From Mobula hypostoma (taxonomy: Eukaryota): a stretch of DNA of 64,000 bases. The stretch covers positions 99,264,001 to 99,328,000 of the forward strand of contig NC_086097.1 in NCBI RefSeq assembly GCF_963921235.1, written 5' to 3'. The position numbers were made by a program, and so were the translations under genes. The notes under the pieces are model-generated. The model had not been told where the DNA came from and did no database searches. It worked only from the letters and a program-made list of their open reading frames with translations. Shown piece after piece: positions 38,925-51,392 of this stretch; position 1 is the stretch's first letter, and each line of letters starts with the position of its first letter.

Positions 38925-41900
38925 ATTTACTGTAAATATGTATTAATTTTACCCACCCAAAGTTTGTCTTTTATCAAGAACGTATATAACATGGTTTCAG
39001 GAGTCAGCGTGAGAATCAAATAAGAAAAGTAAATATACCGCAAGCAGTTACGAAAGAGACTCAGTTCTGACAGAGAGAAGCTGCCAGCCAGAGAGCGTGT
39101 TGTGTCCCAAAGCTGGTGTTGTTCAGTAAATTCACCAAGAGGCATTCAGGTGAGACCCTAAAATGGATAACCTAAGTCTTCCTGCACCTATGCAGTTTAC
39201 CAGCAATTTAACGATAACTGGAAATGCTTCAAACATCAATTCAATATATATTTAATGGATGAAAAGTTGAAAGTGTCCATCTGTCTACATTGTAATTAGC
39301 AAAGATGATTTGGACATCTATAACAGCTTTCTAATTGATGAGACAACCTTGACATTGGACACTCTAATGACAAAATTTGAGGAGTATTTTGCCCTAGAGT
39401 AAAACATCACGTTTGAAAGATACAAGTTTTCCTCTGACCAGAAACAAGGTGTTAGCTTTGACCAACACTTAGCTGAGCTTCACACACTGAGCAAGTCCAT
39501 AAGTTTGGAGATTTGAGAAACTTACTAGTTAGAGTCAAAATAGTTTGTGGATTCCCAGATAATGTTCTCAGAGAAAGATTGCTTCACAAAAAGATTTGAT
39601 GCTGGAAAAGGCTGTGGATATGTGTAGGGCAGTGGAGACCACAAGCTAAGGAACTGCACAGGGCTGAAACAACAGGGCATGCTGTGAAAACAGAGCGGAT
39701 GAGCACAAGGCGTTTCCCAAATCAATAGCAAAGCAAAGAGTTAGGCTCAAACAGCAAATGTGGAGGTAGGCACATCCCAAAGATGTATCCTGCTTATGGA
39801 ACGTCCTGCAGTCATTGTGGGAAGCGGAATCATTTCACTAAGTACTGCAAAGCTGGGGCTACCAAGAGAAAGATGCATACAGTTGCTAAGGAAGTGGAAG
39901 AAGTCTTTGTACATTTTCCACAGACTGCTGGTGCTGGTAAAACAGGATGGGTCGTTCCAGTGACTGAATGAGACAGTAATTCCATTCAAGCTTGATACTG
40001 GAGCCCAGGTTAATTTGTTATCTATGGATGATTACAAGACTCTCAAAGTAAAGAGCATGAATTACACAGTTAAGTTAAAAACGACAGGCTATACTGGAGA
40101 GAACATTCCAGTAAAAGGGGGCTGTTTAGTAATCTTCAAGCACAAGAGGCAGCACCTAAAGGCACAGCTACTGATTGTTGAAAAGTGATTTCAGCCAATA
40201 TTAGGTCTGAGTGCATGTAGAAGTCCCAACCTGGTGAAAAGAGTTTTTGTAGTGGTTTCACAGACCAAAGATGACCACACTTCATTCATGGAAGAGTACA
40301 CAGATGTCTTTGAGGGGCTCAGATGCTTACCTGGTGTACACAAAATTCATGTAGATGAGACAGTATCTCCTGTTGTCTATGCATGCAGGGAAGTTGCAAT
40401 TGCACTTAAAAACAACTCAAACAAGAACTAGCATGCATGAAATAGATAAATGTCATACAGAATATTGAGAACCAACAGATTGGCTGAGCTCACTGGTCAT
40501 TGTGCAAAAGAAAAGTGGAGTAAAGCGGATATGTCTAGACCCAAGAGATCTCAATGAAGCCATCAAGAGAGAGCATTTTAAATTGCCAATACGGGAGGAG
40601 ATCATGTCCCAGTTTGCAAACTTGACACGTCATCTGTGTTTTGGCAGATGAAGCTTGGTGAGGCAAGTTCAAGACTGTGTACTTTTAACACACCAGAGGG
40701 AAGATATCGCTTTCTTTGGTTACTATAAGGGATCCTGTCAACACCAGAAATCTACATGAAACCATCCACGTAATCTTTGAGAGCACACCTGATGTTGAAA
40801 CCATTGATATCATTGTCTGGGGGTCCACCAAGGAAGAACCCAATGCACTACTGAGACAGATACTAGACATGACATGAAATGTCAATTTGAAATTAAATAA
40901 AGAGAAATGTGAGCTTTGTGTTAAGACACTTTCATAGGAGATGTCATATTGGAAGAATGAGTGAAGTCTGACCCAGGAAAGATGTCAGCTATTGGGAACA
41001 TAGAGAGGCCCCAAAACAAAGAGGAGATAAGACGTTTCCTAGAGATGGTGACTTACCTGGTAAGTTCATCCCTCAACTATCTACTGTATCAGCACCAGTT
41101 AGGTCGTTCCTTAAGCAGGGAAATGAATGAATTTGATCTCACCAGAGGCTGAAATGAATCCTAACTGAAGAGCCCATACTGAAATTTTACAATCTGGAAA
41201 GGCATATGAGGATCTTGGCTGATGTGTCCCAGCATGGCTTTGGAGCAGTAGTACTGCAGCAGCATGATAACACATGGCAACCTGTGGCCTATACATCAAG
41301 GGCTTTAACAAGTGTGGAAGCCAACTATGCACAGGTAAAGAAAGAGCCTCTTGCCAGCACATATACATGCAAAAGGTTCTATTTGCAAATCTATGGATAA
41401 GCTTGAGAAGTGGAGACAGACCATAAACCATTGGTCTCTATTATGTCCAAACCACTGAATGACTATCCCATGAGGATACAGCACTTGTTGATAAGGCTGC
41501 AGAAATATGACGTGAAGATGATCTACACACTCAAGCAGTCAACAAAAAAGGAAAAAGTGACCAAGAGATTTACACTGATATACAGGCCTACATCCACATG
41601 ATTGTCACCTCCATTCCAGTATCTCCCAATAGAACAGAGATTAGGACAGCAGCAGGGACAGAAGAAACAATGAAAGTAATCAAAGCGACTATACATTTGA
41701 TTGTAATGGAAAGAGTCATATTATGGTAATTGATTTACTTTTTAAACTACTCAGAAGTTGCAACACTGCAATCAACATTCATCACCTTCCTGAAAGCTGT
41801 GTTTGCGAGGAATGGAGTTCCATGTGAAGCAGTATCCACAATTTTCAAGCTGTGAATTAGAGTCCTTTGCCACTGATTCAAGGTTTTGACATATAACTTC

Positions 41901-42162
41901 AAACCACATTACCCAAAATCTAAGGCCTAATATAGAGTTTTGGTCAAGGTAGTGAAGGGCCTCATGAAGAGGGCACAAGATGCATGAAAGGACTTCTACA
42001 AAAGTCTGATGATTTACAGAAGAGTGCCACAGTAGAATGGTTTTTCACCAGCCCAAACACACACACACTAACCTTCCAGTACACAAAAATCTGTTGACAC
42101 CTGAAAGAGCAGACAACACCTAATTGGCTATAAGAGAAAGGGAAAGGGAAACAGAAACAGAA

Positions 42163-42973
42163 CCATGCACCTGGCCGCATGGAATGCTGACAACAACCTG
42201 GCCCTCAACACCCAGAAGACCAAGGAGATCATTGTGGACTTCAGGCATGCTAGGAGCCACACTCACGTCCCCATCAACAGAGCTGTAGTGGAGCATGTAT
42301 CAAGCTTCAAATTCCTTGGTGTCCACATTTCCGAGGATCTCACCTGGTCCCTGAACTCCTCCGTCCTGATCAAAAAGGCGTAACAGTGCCTTTATTTCCT
42401 GCGGAGCATCAAGAAAGCTCACCTCTGTCCCAGGATACTGACGGACTTTTATCGCTGTACCATTGAGAGCATGCTCCCCAACTGCATCTCAGCGTGGTAT
42501 GGCAATTGTCCCCTATCGGACCGTAAAGCACTCCAGCATGTGGTGAAAACTGCCCAGCAGATTATCAGCACCCAATTGCGCACTATTGAGAACATCTACC
42601 ATAAACGTTGCCTGGGCAAGGCGAAAAGCATTATCAAGGATGCATCTCACCCTAACCATGGACTTTTTACTCTCCTCCCATCCGGTAGGCGCTACAGGAG
42701 CCTCCGCTCCCACACCAGCAGGCACAGGAAGAGCTTCTTCCCTGAGGCTGTGACACTGCTGAACCTCACATCACAGCACTAAGCAGTATTGCACCCATAC
42801 TGTACTGTCTCAGTACTTTTATATTTGTGTGCTGTAGCACTTACTTTTTATTCGCAGTTATTTTGTAAATAACACTATTCTTTGCATTTCTGGTTAGATG
42901 CTAACTGCATTTCATTGGCTTTGTATCTGTACTCGGCACAATGACAACAAAGTTGAATCTAATCTAATCTAAT
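42163..42973 (+). mobile_element. Relatively young Rex1/Babar 3' fragment nested in the Gypsy pol region
   Basis: LALNTQKTKEIIVDFR and HPNHGLFTLLPSGRRYRS. (AATCT)n tail. Confidence 0.85.
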
Positions 42974-44882
42974 TTAATAACAAGACTTCAAAAAGCCTAC
43001 TGGTTCTAACGCCTGGAGATCAAGTGCGAATCCAAGATCAATATTCCAGCACATGGTCCATGCAAGGATATGCGCAAGAGGAAGTTGCTCCACATTCTTA
43101 CCAGATCCATATGGAGCAAGGAACACCTCTGAGAAGGAACAGGGTGGATCTACGATCACGAGCTCCAACCCAAAGCTGTGACACATCACCTCTTAGTACA
43201 GCAAAAGGGCCAGCAGAGGTGATAAATAAACTTGTTGTTCAGAGTTATCAGAAAGACACAAATATTAACACAGCAAGTGAAAGCAATGTTTATGAAGACA
43301 AACAGCAGACCAAGGATCATCAAACCACCTTAGATGCTGACTGAGAGTTGATAAGTGAATAAGGGGCTGTATTTGCTCATTGCAATTGAACTTAATATAA
43401 ATATCTTTGTTGGAAAGCATTATTGTTTCTTGCAAGTTTATGAGGACATAGTATTGTGTTTGTTTTTTCTTTAAAGGGGAAGATGTGTTACGTGTGTACA
43501 TAATAAAGAACTTCAGTTCCCAGTGTGCAATGCAGGCGGTTCACCCCGGAACTGGAACTGATGTTGGTGGTTTGGCCGTATGCGCTGGTATCAAGCTGAA
43601 GCCATTTACTGTAAATAAATTTGTGTTAGGAAAATATACAAACTTCACACCGGCAGCACTGGAGGTCAGGGTGGAACCTGAGTCACTGGAATCATGCAGC
43701 ATTGAGTCTACTAGCTGCATCACTGTGCTACCTCTATTTATAAAATTCAGTCTTCTAAAGTTTGATAAAATATCAATTATTGTCAACACAGTAGTCTATC
43801 AGCTCTACTATTTGCTTTGGTTTTAAAATTACGTTGTGCGTAAACTGCTGACCCATTATACTCATTTGTGGAATGCGATTCAACAATTATATCTGTAACT
43901 TGGAATTGAAATGATTCAGATTTGTCAACTTGCAAGCACCAATAAACAATAGATAATTATTCAGCTTTGCCATTACAAATGTAGCTGTATTCCTGAAACC
44001 AAAAGTTAGTACATTTTGTTACATAGCTGAGAATACTCCATTTTGTTAAGCAATAATGGTTGAACTGAACCTCTGAATCAATAGCAGAAAAATGTTTATT
44101 AAATACATCCAGTTTATTAACTATACAATGCTTTCTAATCTCATGCAAATATTCTCAACTTCCTTTTAGATGTCCATAGAGTACAAAACAATAAATTTAG
44201 TTTTCTGTTGTGATTTTTTTTCTGCCTGAAATTTTCCCCTGTTTGAATTGAACAGTTTATCCTGCATTTCTACAGTTATACGTACTCCCACATCACATCC
44301 AGACACTCTACATTACCACATATTGCCAGTTTCCTATCCAGTCAACCACAACTGGTCTCTCTCTGAACTTTATAGCAGTTCTTTTGCACATTCTGCAAAT
44401 GGCGCCTACAGCTAAATTAGCATCGCACTTTGAAGACATGATGCTCTTTTAGTTAATGCAGTGATGTAAAAGTGGCACTGCAGTGATCTGCAATTCAATC
44501 CAGTGCTTAAGTATAAACCCTTCCCACACTTATTTAATTCTTTTTATATATTGTCAGATTTCATTCTTTATTCCTCAATAATTAATAGTTCAGTAAGCAA
44601 ACTTTAGCCTAGTCAGGGTTCACAGGAAAGGTAACAGCAGAGACAGTTATTTTTAAAATAAGGGAGACAAAGTAAAGGAAGGAAGAAATTAAATTTTGTA
44701 AACCAAAAGCAAAAAAATCTTCCTGCTTGGGGTAAGTTGAAAACTGAATGACAGTCACTGTCGCTATCAATAAAATAAAGCTGTCAAGGAGGAAACAGAA
44801 AACAAAATATTTGGCTTTTCCCATAGGTAATTCAAGGGGAAGATACTAGACAGCCACCCACTTCCACTTTTGGTACTCTTAC

Positions 44883-44980
44883 CTCTGCTCATGCGTTGCT
44901 TCTCCCCAGAGAGGATTCCAGGTGTGTCAATAATAGTAATGCTTTCCAGCACTTGATTTGGCAGCTGAGCACACATGAAC
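44883..44980 (-). CDS. EHD4: EHD4 coding exon ([32 protein letters not shown])
   Basis: 98 nt, tgcag|GTTC ... AGAG|gtaaga. Contains the DTPG (G3) motif. Exon size is the conserved EHD size. Confidence 0.95.
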
Positions 44981-46129
44981 CTGCAAATGGTTAAGAACAC
45001 ATTAGTTAGATCTTGAACATGCACCAGTGGAATTATGAATAAGTCCCAAAATCAGAAAGATCCTGAACATACACGAGAGGAATTATGAATATGTACCACA
45101 GTCCAATCGATGATTAGCTAAATAGTTCACCATAATCAAAACAAACTTGAAATTTAAATATGAAGATACAATTATCAGAGTACATGCTAATACCTGAGAA
45201 GGTGCTGCACATTTCCACCAAGAGTTCTGAGCTCCCACAGAATGTGTTAAGAGTAACCGGTCCAACATACAACTCATTGTAGTTAAATCTATCAATGATA
45301 TATACTTAAAGAAACAAGGATTGACATTACAAGACCACATAATATGTTTGTTTCATAAAAATAACCAAAGCAGTTATGTAGTAATCTGCACTGAAAACAA
45401 TTCAGGGCTTTCCAATAATTCAATGAATTCTGCGCTAAGCCATACAAACTGGTTTGTGTTGGGTTCGGTCTACAGCCAACTGTAGGAGCACTAGGACTGA
45501 TTACATCATCAGACTACTGTTTGAGACCAAGTTCTCATACTTCTGCTTTCCACCAACCCTTGAACGGAATGTTGACACATGTATTATATACAAACGTAGG
45601 TTCATGATCTGCTCCTCAGACACATCCATGAAAATATGATGTTCATTATGGTCTGACAGCACCAGTAAAACCCTTTTCCTACATTGGAGGATGAAATGGA
45701 TGGAGAAAAAGTGCTAGGAAACTAAAAGTGGAAACCAACTGACTTTAGGTTGGGGCATTAAAATTCAACTTTCCTCAAATCATTTTCCATCTATTACATA
45801 GGGAAGAAAACAGTCACTACATTTGAAAACTTATTTTGCCTCTTTGGTCTTGAGAGGCAGGAGGCAGAGCAGCAGCAGGAAGCTTAAAAAAAGAGCCTTT
45901 CAAAATGACGAATAGAGCTTTTCAGAAAAGTATTTCTTACTAGGTAACTGTGAGAAACATCAGCCATAAAAAAAGGGAAAGTAGGCTCTAGCAGAGTGAC
46001 CATGGTGAGAGTGGATCAGTATTTGGTAAATTAGGAGGCTTTGATGAGAAAAGATGCAGATAAGGTTCTTTGAATTTCCTCTTTAGCCTTAGAGCAATCA
46101 GGGCAATGTCCTGATCCTTCTTGTTTGGA

Positions 46130-47865
46130 AGACTCACAAATAAGAGAAAATCTGCAGATAACACACATCAAAGTTGCTGGTGAACGCAGCAGGCCAGGCA
46201 GCATCTCTAGGAAGAGGTGCAGTCGACGTTTCAGGCCAAGACCCTTCGTCAGAAAATCTGCAGATGTTGGAAATACAAGCAACACACACAAAATGCTGGA
46301 GGAACTCAGCAGGCCAGGTAACATCTATGGAAAAGAGTAAACAGTTGATATTTCAGGGTGAAGCCCTTCATCAGGACTAGAGAAAAGAGATGAGAAGTCA
46401 GGGTGAGAAGGTAAGGTGAAGGAGAGGAAGAAAGACAAGGTAGTAGGTGATAGGTGAAACCGGGAGAGGGGGAGGGGTGAAGTAAAGAGCTGGAAAGTCA
46501 ATTGGTGAACGAGATAAAGGACTGGAGAAGGGGGAATCTGATTGGAGAGGACAGAAGACCGTGGAAAAAAAGGAAAGCAGAGGAGCACCCAGAGGGAGGT
46601 GATGGGCAAAGTAAGATGATAAGGTGAGAGGGGGAAATGGGAATGGGGAATGGTGAATGGTGAAGGGCTTAGGGTGGCATTACCAGGAGTCTGTGAAATC
46701 TATATTCATGCCATTAGCTTTGAGGCTACCCATATGGAATATAAGGTATTACTCCTCCAACCTGAGTGTGGCCTCATCGCGACAATAAAGGAGACCATAG
46801 ACTGACATGTCGGAATGGGAAGCGGAATTAAAATAGGTGGCCACTGGGAGATCCCACATTTTCTGGTGGACAGAGCGTAGGTGCTTGGCGAAGTGGTCTC
46901 CCAGTCTATGTCAGGTCTCACCAATATACAGGAGGCCATACCGGGTGACCCATATGTGAAATGTGACTCACCTGGAAAGACTGCTTGGGGCTTTGAATGG
47001 TACTGAGGGAGGTAGTGTAGGGGCACATGTAGCACTTACTCCACTTACAATGATAACTGCCGGGGGGAGGTCAGACGAGGAGTGATGAATGGACAAGGGA
47101 GTTGCATAGGAAGTGATCCTTGCGGAAAGCAGGCAATGGGGGTGAGGGAAAGATGTCCTTGGTGGTGGGATCCTGTTGGAGATGGCAGGAGTTACAGAGA
47201 ATTATGGGCTGGATGTGGAGGCTGGTGAGGTGGTAGGTGCAGACAAGAGGAACCCTATCCCTGGTGGGGTGGTGGGAGGAAGGGGTGAGGGCAGACATGC
47301 ATGAAATGGAAGAGATGTAGGCAAGGGCAGCATTGATAGTGAAGGAAGGGAAGCCACTTTCTTTGAAGGAGGACATCTCCTTAGATCTGGAATGAAAGGC
47401 CTCATCCTGAGAGCAGATGTGGCGGAGACAGAGGAATTGTGAGAAGGGGATGGCATTTTTACAAGTAACAATGTGGGGGTCCAGGTAGCTATGAAAAACA
47501 GGTATAAAAGATATCAGTAGATAGGCGGTCTCCAGAGATAGAGACAGATAGTTTGAGAAAAGGGAGGGAAATGTCAAAAATGGGCCAGGTAGGGAGAAAA
47601 TTGGAGGCAAAGTTAATTGTCAAAAAGCTCCGCATGGGTGTAGGAAGCAACACCAATGCAGTTGTCGTGTAGCACAAGAAAAGTTGGGGACTGATATTAG
47701 TGTAGGCTAAGAACATAGACTGTTCCACGTAGCCAACAAAATGACAGGCATAGCTGGGACCCATGGTTGTGCCCAGCTACACCTTTTGTATCATGGAAGT
47801 GGAAGGAGAAATTATTGAGAGTGAGGGCCAGTTCCGCCAGACAGAGGAGAATGGTAGTAGAGGGG
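46130..47865 (-). mobile_element. Penelope-like element (RT C-terminal half + GIY-YIG endonuclease, degenerate)
   Basis: MGPSYACHFVGYVEQ, KNAIPFSQFLCLRHICS and ctcctgtatattggtgagacc (LLYIGET). Confidence 0.85.
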
Positions 47866-47984
47866 AACTGGTTGGATGTGAAAGATTACGTCTTTGGGAA
47901 GTGTGCCCAGATGCAACTCCTGACTGACTACATGAAGAAGATGAATTTGGAGTTGGACATAATCAGGATATGGGTGGAAGTCAG

Positions 47985-48681
47985 TGTAAGGGGGTTTCGA
48001 TTTTTATGTTACTGCGGAGGCTAATTAAAATGGCGTCTTTGTTATGTTAATCTGGGGAATGCTGCTTTGTTGTCTTAAACGCTGAGAAAGTTTGCGCTAG
48101 CAGCTTGTTGTGGTTTAGAGGGTGATAAGAAATACGTTATTAACCAATTGGGATAGTTGTTATGGTTTTGGTGTATTTGAAGATACTGTATGCATGGGGT
48201 TTTGGGGTAGAAGGCGGGAGAGCGAGACAGAGGATGGACGAAGTGCTGTGAGTCCGCTAACGGGGTCAGACCCCGAGCGGGACGTTCGGCAAGGAGACGG
48301 AGACAGATTCATGTGGAGCGTCTGGTCGACCACCGTTGTTGGTCCCAGGCAGCCGGTCGAGGTGGTCCGAGGGGATCGCAGGGCGAAGAAGAAGGTCCTT
48401 GAGCTCCAACGGGTTTTTTTGTGCACAAAGAGATTGAACTTTGATAAGTGTGGTGCCTTTTATTTTCCTTTTATATTTTATTCTCTTTTAATTACATAGT
48501 TCCAGTTATATCTATAAACTGTAAATCATTTAATTGCATCTGGTGTATTGTCTGTTATTTGGGCGGGGTGGGGTACCTCACACAGCATCTGCACAAACAA
48601 GTTATCCAGTTTGGCGGGACCGAGGCTGTTTCCCTAGACGACAGCGAGCCGAGCGACCCTGAAAGTGGCCGGGGGGCTACA
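47985..48681 (+). repeat. 5' LTR (697 bp)
   Basis: tgtaagggg...gggctaca, a direct repeat of 51393-52082. Confidence 0.95.
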
Positions 48682-50299
48682 TTGTGGGGGCTTTGTCCGG
48701 GATGCTTGAGTCTGTTGGTATGCTGTGTGAGTGCCCTGTTTAAATCTGTAGTGTGTCTCTCTGTGGGTTATTTGCTGGTTATTGCTGTATGCATGGTGGG
48801 TGAGGTCTTTGTTCGAGTTCAGTCTGGCATTGACGAGTTGGAGGTGGCACTCGGGGCTGTCCATGCGGTTGGGAGAGAGAGGAAAGAGTGGTCTGATTTG
48901 GAGGTAGAGTCTGCGAATAAATGTTCTAGCTCTGGCAGGCTCCGCCTGGCACTTGGGATAGTGTCCACCCCAGGAGAGGCGGAGGCATGTGAGACGCGGG
49001 CGGAGAGGATCTCTCAGTTGTTAGATGAGTGGCAGTGCTCGGTTGAGGGAGAGCGACAGGGATTGGTTGAAAGTTTGAGTAGGCGGGCTGGTGACAGTGT
49101 TAGAGCTGTCAGGTTCACTTACACCGTAGTGACAGCTGTCGGTTATTTGAAAGAGGGGGGAAAGTTTTTAGTGAGTCTTCTCTGGCAAGGAGGGCGGCTA
49201 AATTGCTTGTAGTGCCAGGGGGATCATTTCAGGGGATCAGCCCCTCCCTCAGTTGTTCAGCTGATCAGAGAGGGATCGAGAAACTTAGTGGAGGCCCAGT
49301 GGGGGAACGGCTTGGGGTCTCTGGGGAAGCACGTTCCCAGCAATGTACCACTGAACTTCCGCAAGGAAAAGACCCTATTCCTGAAGGTTTAGAGGGACCA
49401 CGCCCCAGGGTGTCGTTATGAATAGAGGGAAGCGATGCTAAAGCCATCCTCGACCTCGGGGCACAGATCAAGTTGTTGTACAGTTCGTTTTACAACCGGT
49501 GTCTGAAGCATTTATCCTTGACAACCGCAAGGGCACCGGAGACTTTGGGTACTAGTGGCAGTAGTTATCCAGAAGACGATGATTGGTTAATGACCCTGGA
49601 GTTCATGGAGGCATTTTCTGGGCACCCAGCGTGTCGAGTTGCTTCTGAGGACGTGTGTAGCAGGCTTGAGCCAGTACCGAATTTAAACGAGACCCAGCGG
49701 TGGTACGGCTTGGGGAAAGTAGCTGAGGGTGAGACCCTCTTAGTAGATGCTCCGAACCACCACGAGGGAGGGGAGTTGACTGCTGAGGACACCTCAGAGA
49801 GAGAGAGGTCGCAGCAACTGGACCCTGGCGGTGTGGAAGATGAAGGCAGCGTGTGTGTGGATGATGCGATGTGGTTTAATGTGCTGCATCTGAGGAGTGG
49901 ATGTTGCCAGATCCTGAGGAGTGCGGCTGTTGAGCTGGAGATGGCCTTTACTAGTTCCCTAGGATTCTTTCGATCCGAAAAGATGCCCAAGGGCATATCC
50001 GGAGCCCCTGCATCCTTCCCGCGGGGCATGAGGAAAACCATGGAGGAAGTGAAGGTGTGTGGAGTTTTGACGTATGTGGATGACCGCCTAGAGCTTGGAT
50101 TCACCTGGGGGGACTATGAGGCGAGGCGAGGCGAGTGGCTGAGCCCGGGCGACCGAAGTGAAGTGTCAAATGTGGAGGAGTTTTTGGCCGGAGGAGTTTG
50201 GTGCAAAATGACCCGACATACCAGTTGAACTTCCTGGTGTTGGGACAGACGGTGGTGGACCTGGGGATGAAAACCTGGGTCGTCAATCTGAATGAGACA

Positions 50300-50890
50300 C
50301 AGGGGAGAGAGGGGATTTGCACCGCACTGCGGTCATATACTGACGAATTAATCTAGCGAGAAGAAACAATGACCCGCCTTCGAAGGGATCAGCAGAAACT
50401 CAAGACGTCGATTCAGAACAGATTGGAAGACTTGCAAGTTGGGGAAGATCATGGAAGTGTTCTGACTAAGGTCAACAGAAAACCGAGAGCCCAGGGAGGG
50501 GAGTTTGACTACACTCCCGAGGAGGTAAAGAAATGGAGGACAGATCTCGGAAAAGGGAGGCAGACGCTTGAAAGGAACCTGAAGATGACTATCGCGAGTT
50601 TAAATGAAGTGGAAAAACTGAACGTTGACCTGGAAGACGCCCTCAGGAAGAAACCGCCGGAGGCTGAACATTCTTTAACTGCTGCTTTTCAGGTCAGGGA
50701 GGGAGAAGCTGGTGGGGTAACTGCATCCCAGACTGAGATGGCCAGGAACCCTGAGTCAGAACTGCGGAGGCTGTGGCGAGAGTTGAAGGAGTCCCTGAAG
50801 AAGCTGACGTCTCGACTGCAGGAGGCTGAAGGGGTAGCCCCGGCTAAATGTTTCAGTTTGGAGAAACTTAACCAGCAGCTATCGATCGAG
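50300..50890 (+). pseudogene. Captured sarcomeric myosin heavy-chain rod fragment (MYH16-like) within ORF 50369-51103
   Basis: LEDLQVGEDHGSVLTK ~ LDDLQAEEDKVNxLTK; EEVKKWRTDLGKGRQTLERNLKMTIASLNEVEK ~ EQEKKxRxDLExxxRKLExDLKMTIDNLNEME; ELKESLKKLTSRLQEAE...AKCFSLEK ~ ELEEAKKKLAQRLQEAE...AKCSSLEK. Compared from memory. Confidence 0.75.
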
Positions 50891-51392
50891 GGAATGAGGA
50901 AGGATATGGATTCGAAGGATGATGTGCTGCACATGTGGAACATGCTGCCTTTCGCTAACTTCCCCATGATTGAGGAAGAGACCTTTGGCCCTTCTCCCAC
51001 TGAGTCAGGTGTAGTGGGGAGGGCTAGCTGTGGGCAGTCTGAGTTCCGGCAGAATTGGGAAGGAGGAGAGGCGGGGCCCTGGACACGGGACTGGGGGCTC
51101 TGAGCTGTAGTGGTGGCCTGAGTGACAGAGGAGTTGGCAAGCAGGCCCGAGGTATCCCTAGTAGTGTCTGAGCCTTTTGGGTTTAGGTGAGGGGGGTACG
51201 GAGGTCTCAGAGGGTTAAGAAGCTCCCAGATAGGTTGGCGTATTTAGCGCCCGTGGGACGGGAGTAAGGTCCACTGTTTGGGGAGAACTGTCACTGTGTG
51301 TATCTGTGTAAGTTTGTGTTGTGTGTCTGTAGGACTGGGTGGCGAGTTATTTAGAAGTCATGAGGACATGACTTTATTTGGTGGGGGGAGAG

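Larger units (their letters stand above)
37750..43650 (+). mobile_element. Degenerate Ty3/Gypsy LTR retrotransposon (gag-CCHC, PR, RT, RNase H, partial IN)
   Basis: LTR homology 37750-37845 vs ~43505-43616. PBS tggtttcaggagt at 38991 (tRNA-Leu-like). CSHCGKRNHFTKYC, KLDTGAQ, DVSQHGFGAVVLQ and ETDHKPL. PPT aaaggggaaga before the 3' LTR at ~43485. Many stops. Confidence 0.88.

Noticed and set aside
48122..48499. ORFs within the LTRs (also 51548-51856 and 51570-51788)
   Set aside because: Frames are not conserved between the two LTR copies and show no recognisable domains.
50369..51103. Possibility of a genuine nested host myosin gene or an env gene
   Set aside because: It lies between LTRs, has no splice structure or motor domain, and has an in-frame stop just upstream. 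There is no signal peptide or transmembrane segment as expected for env.
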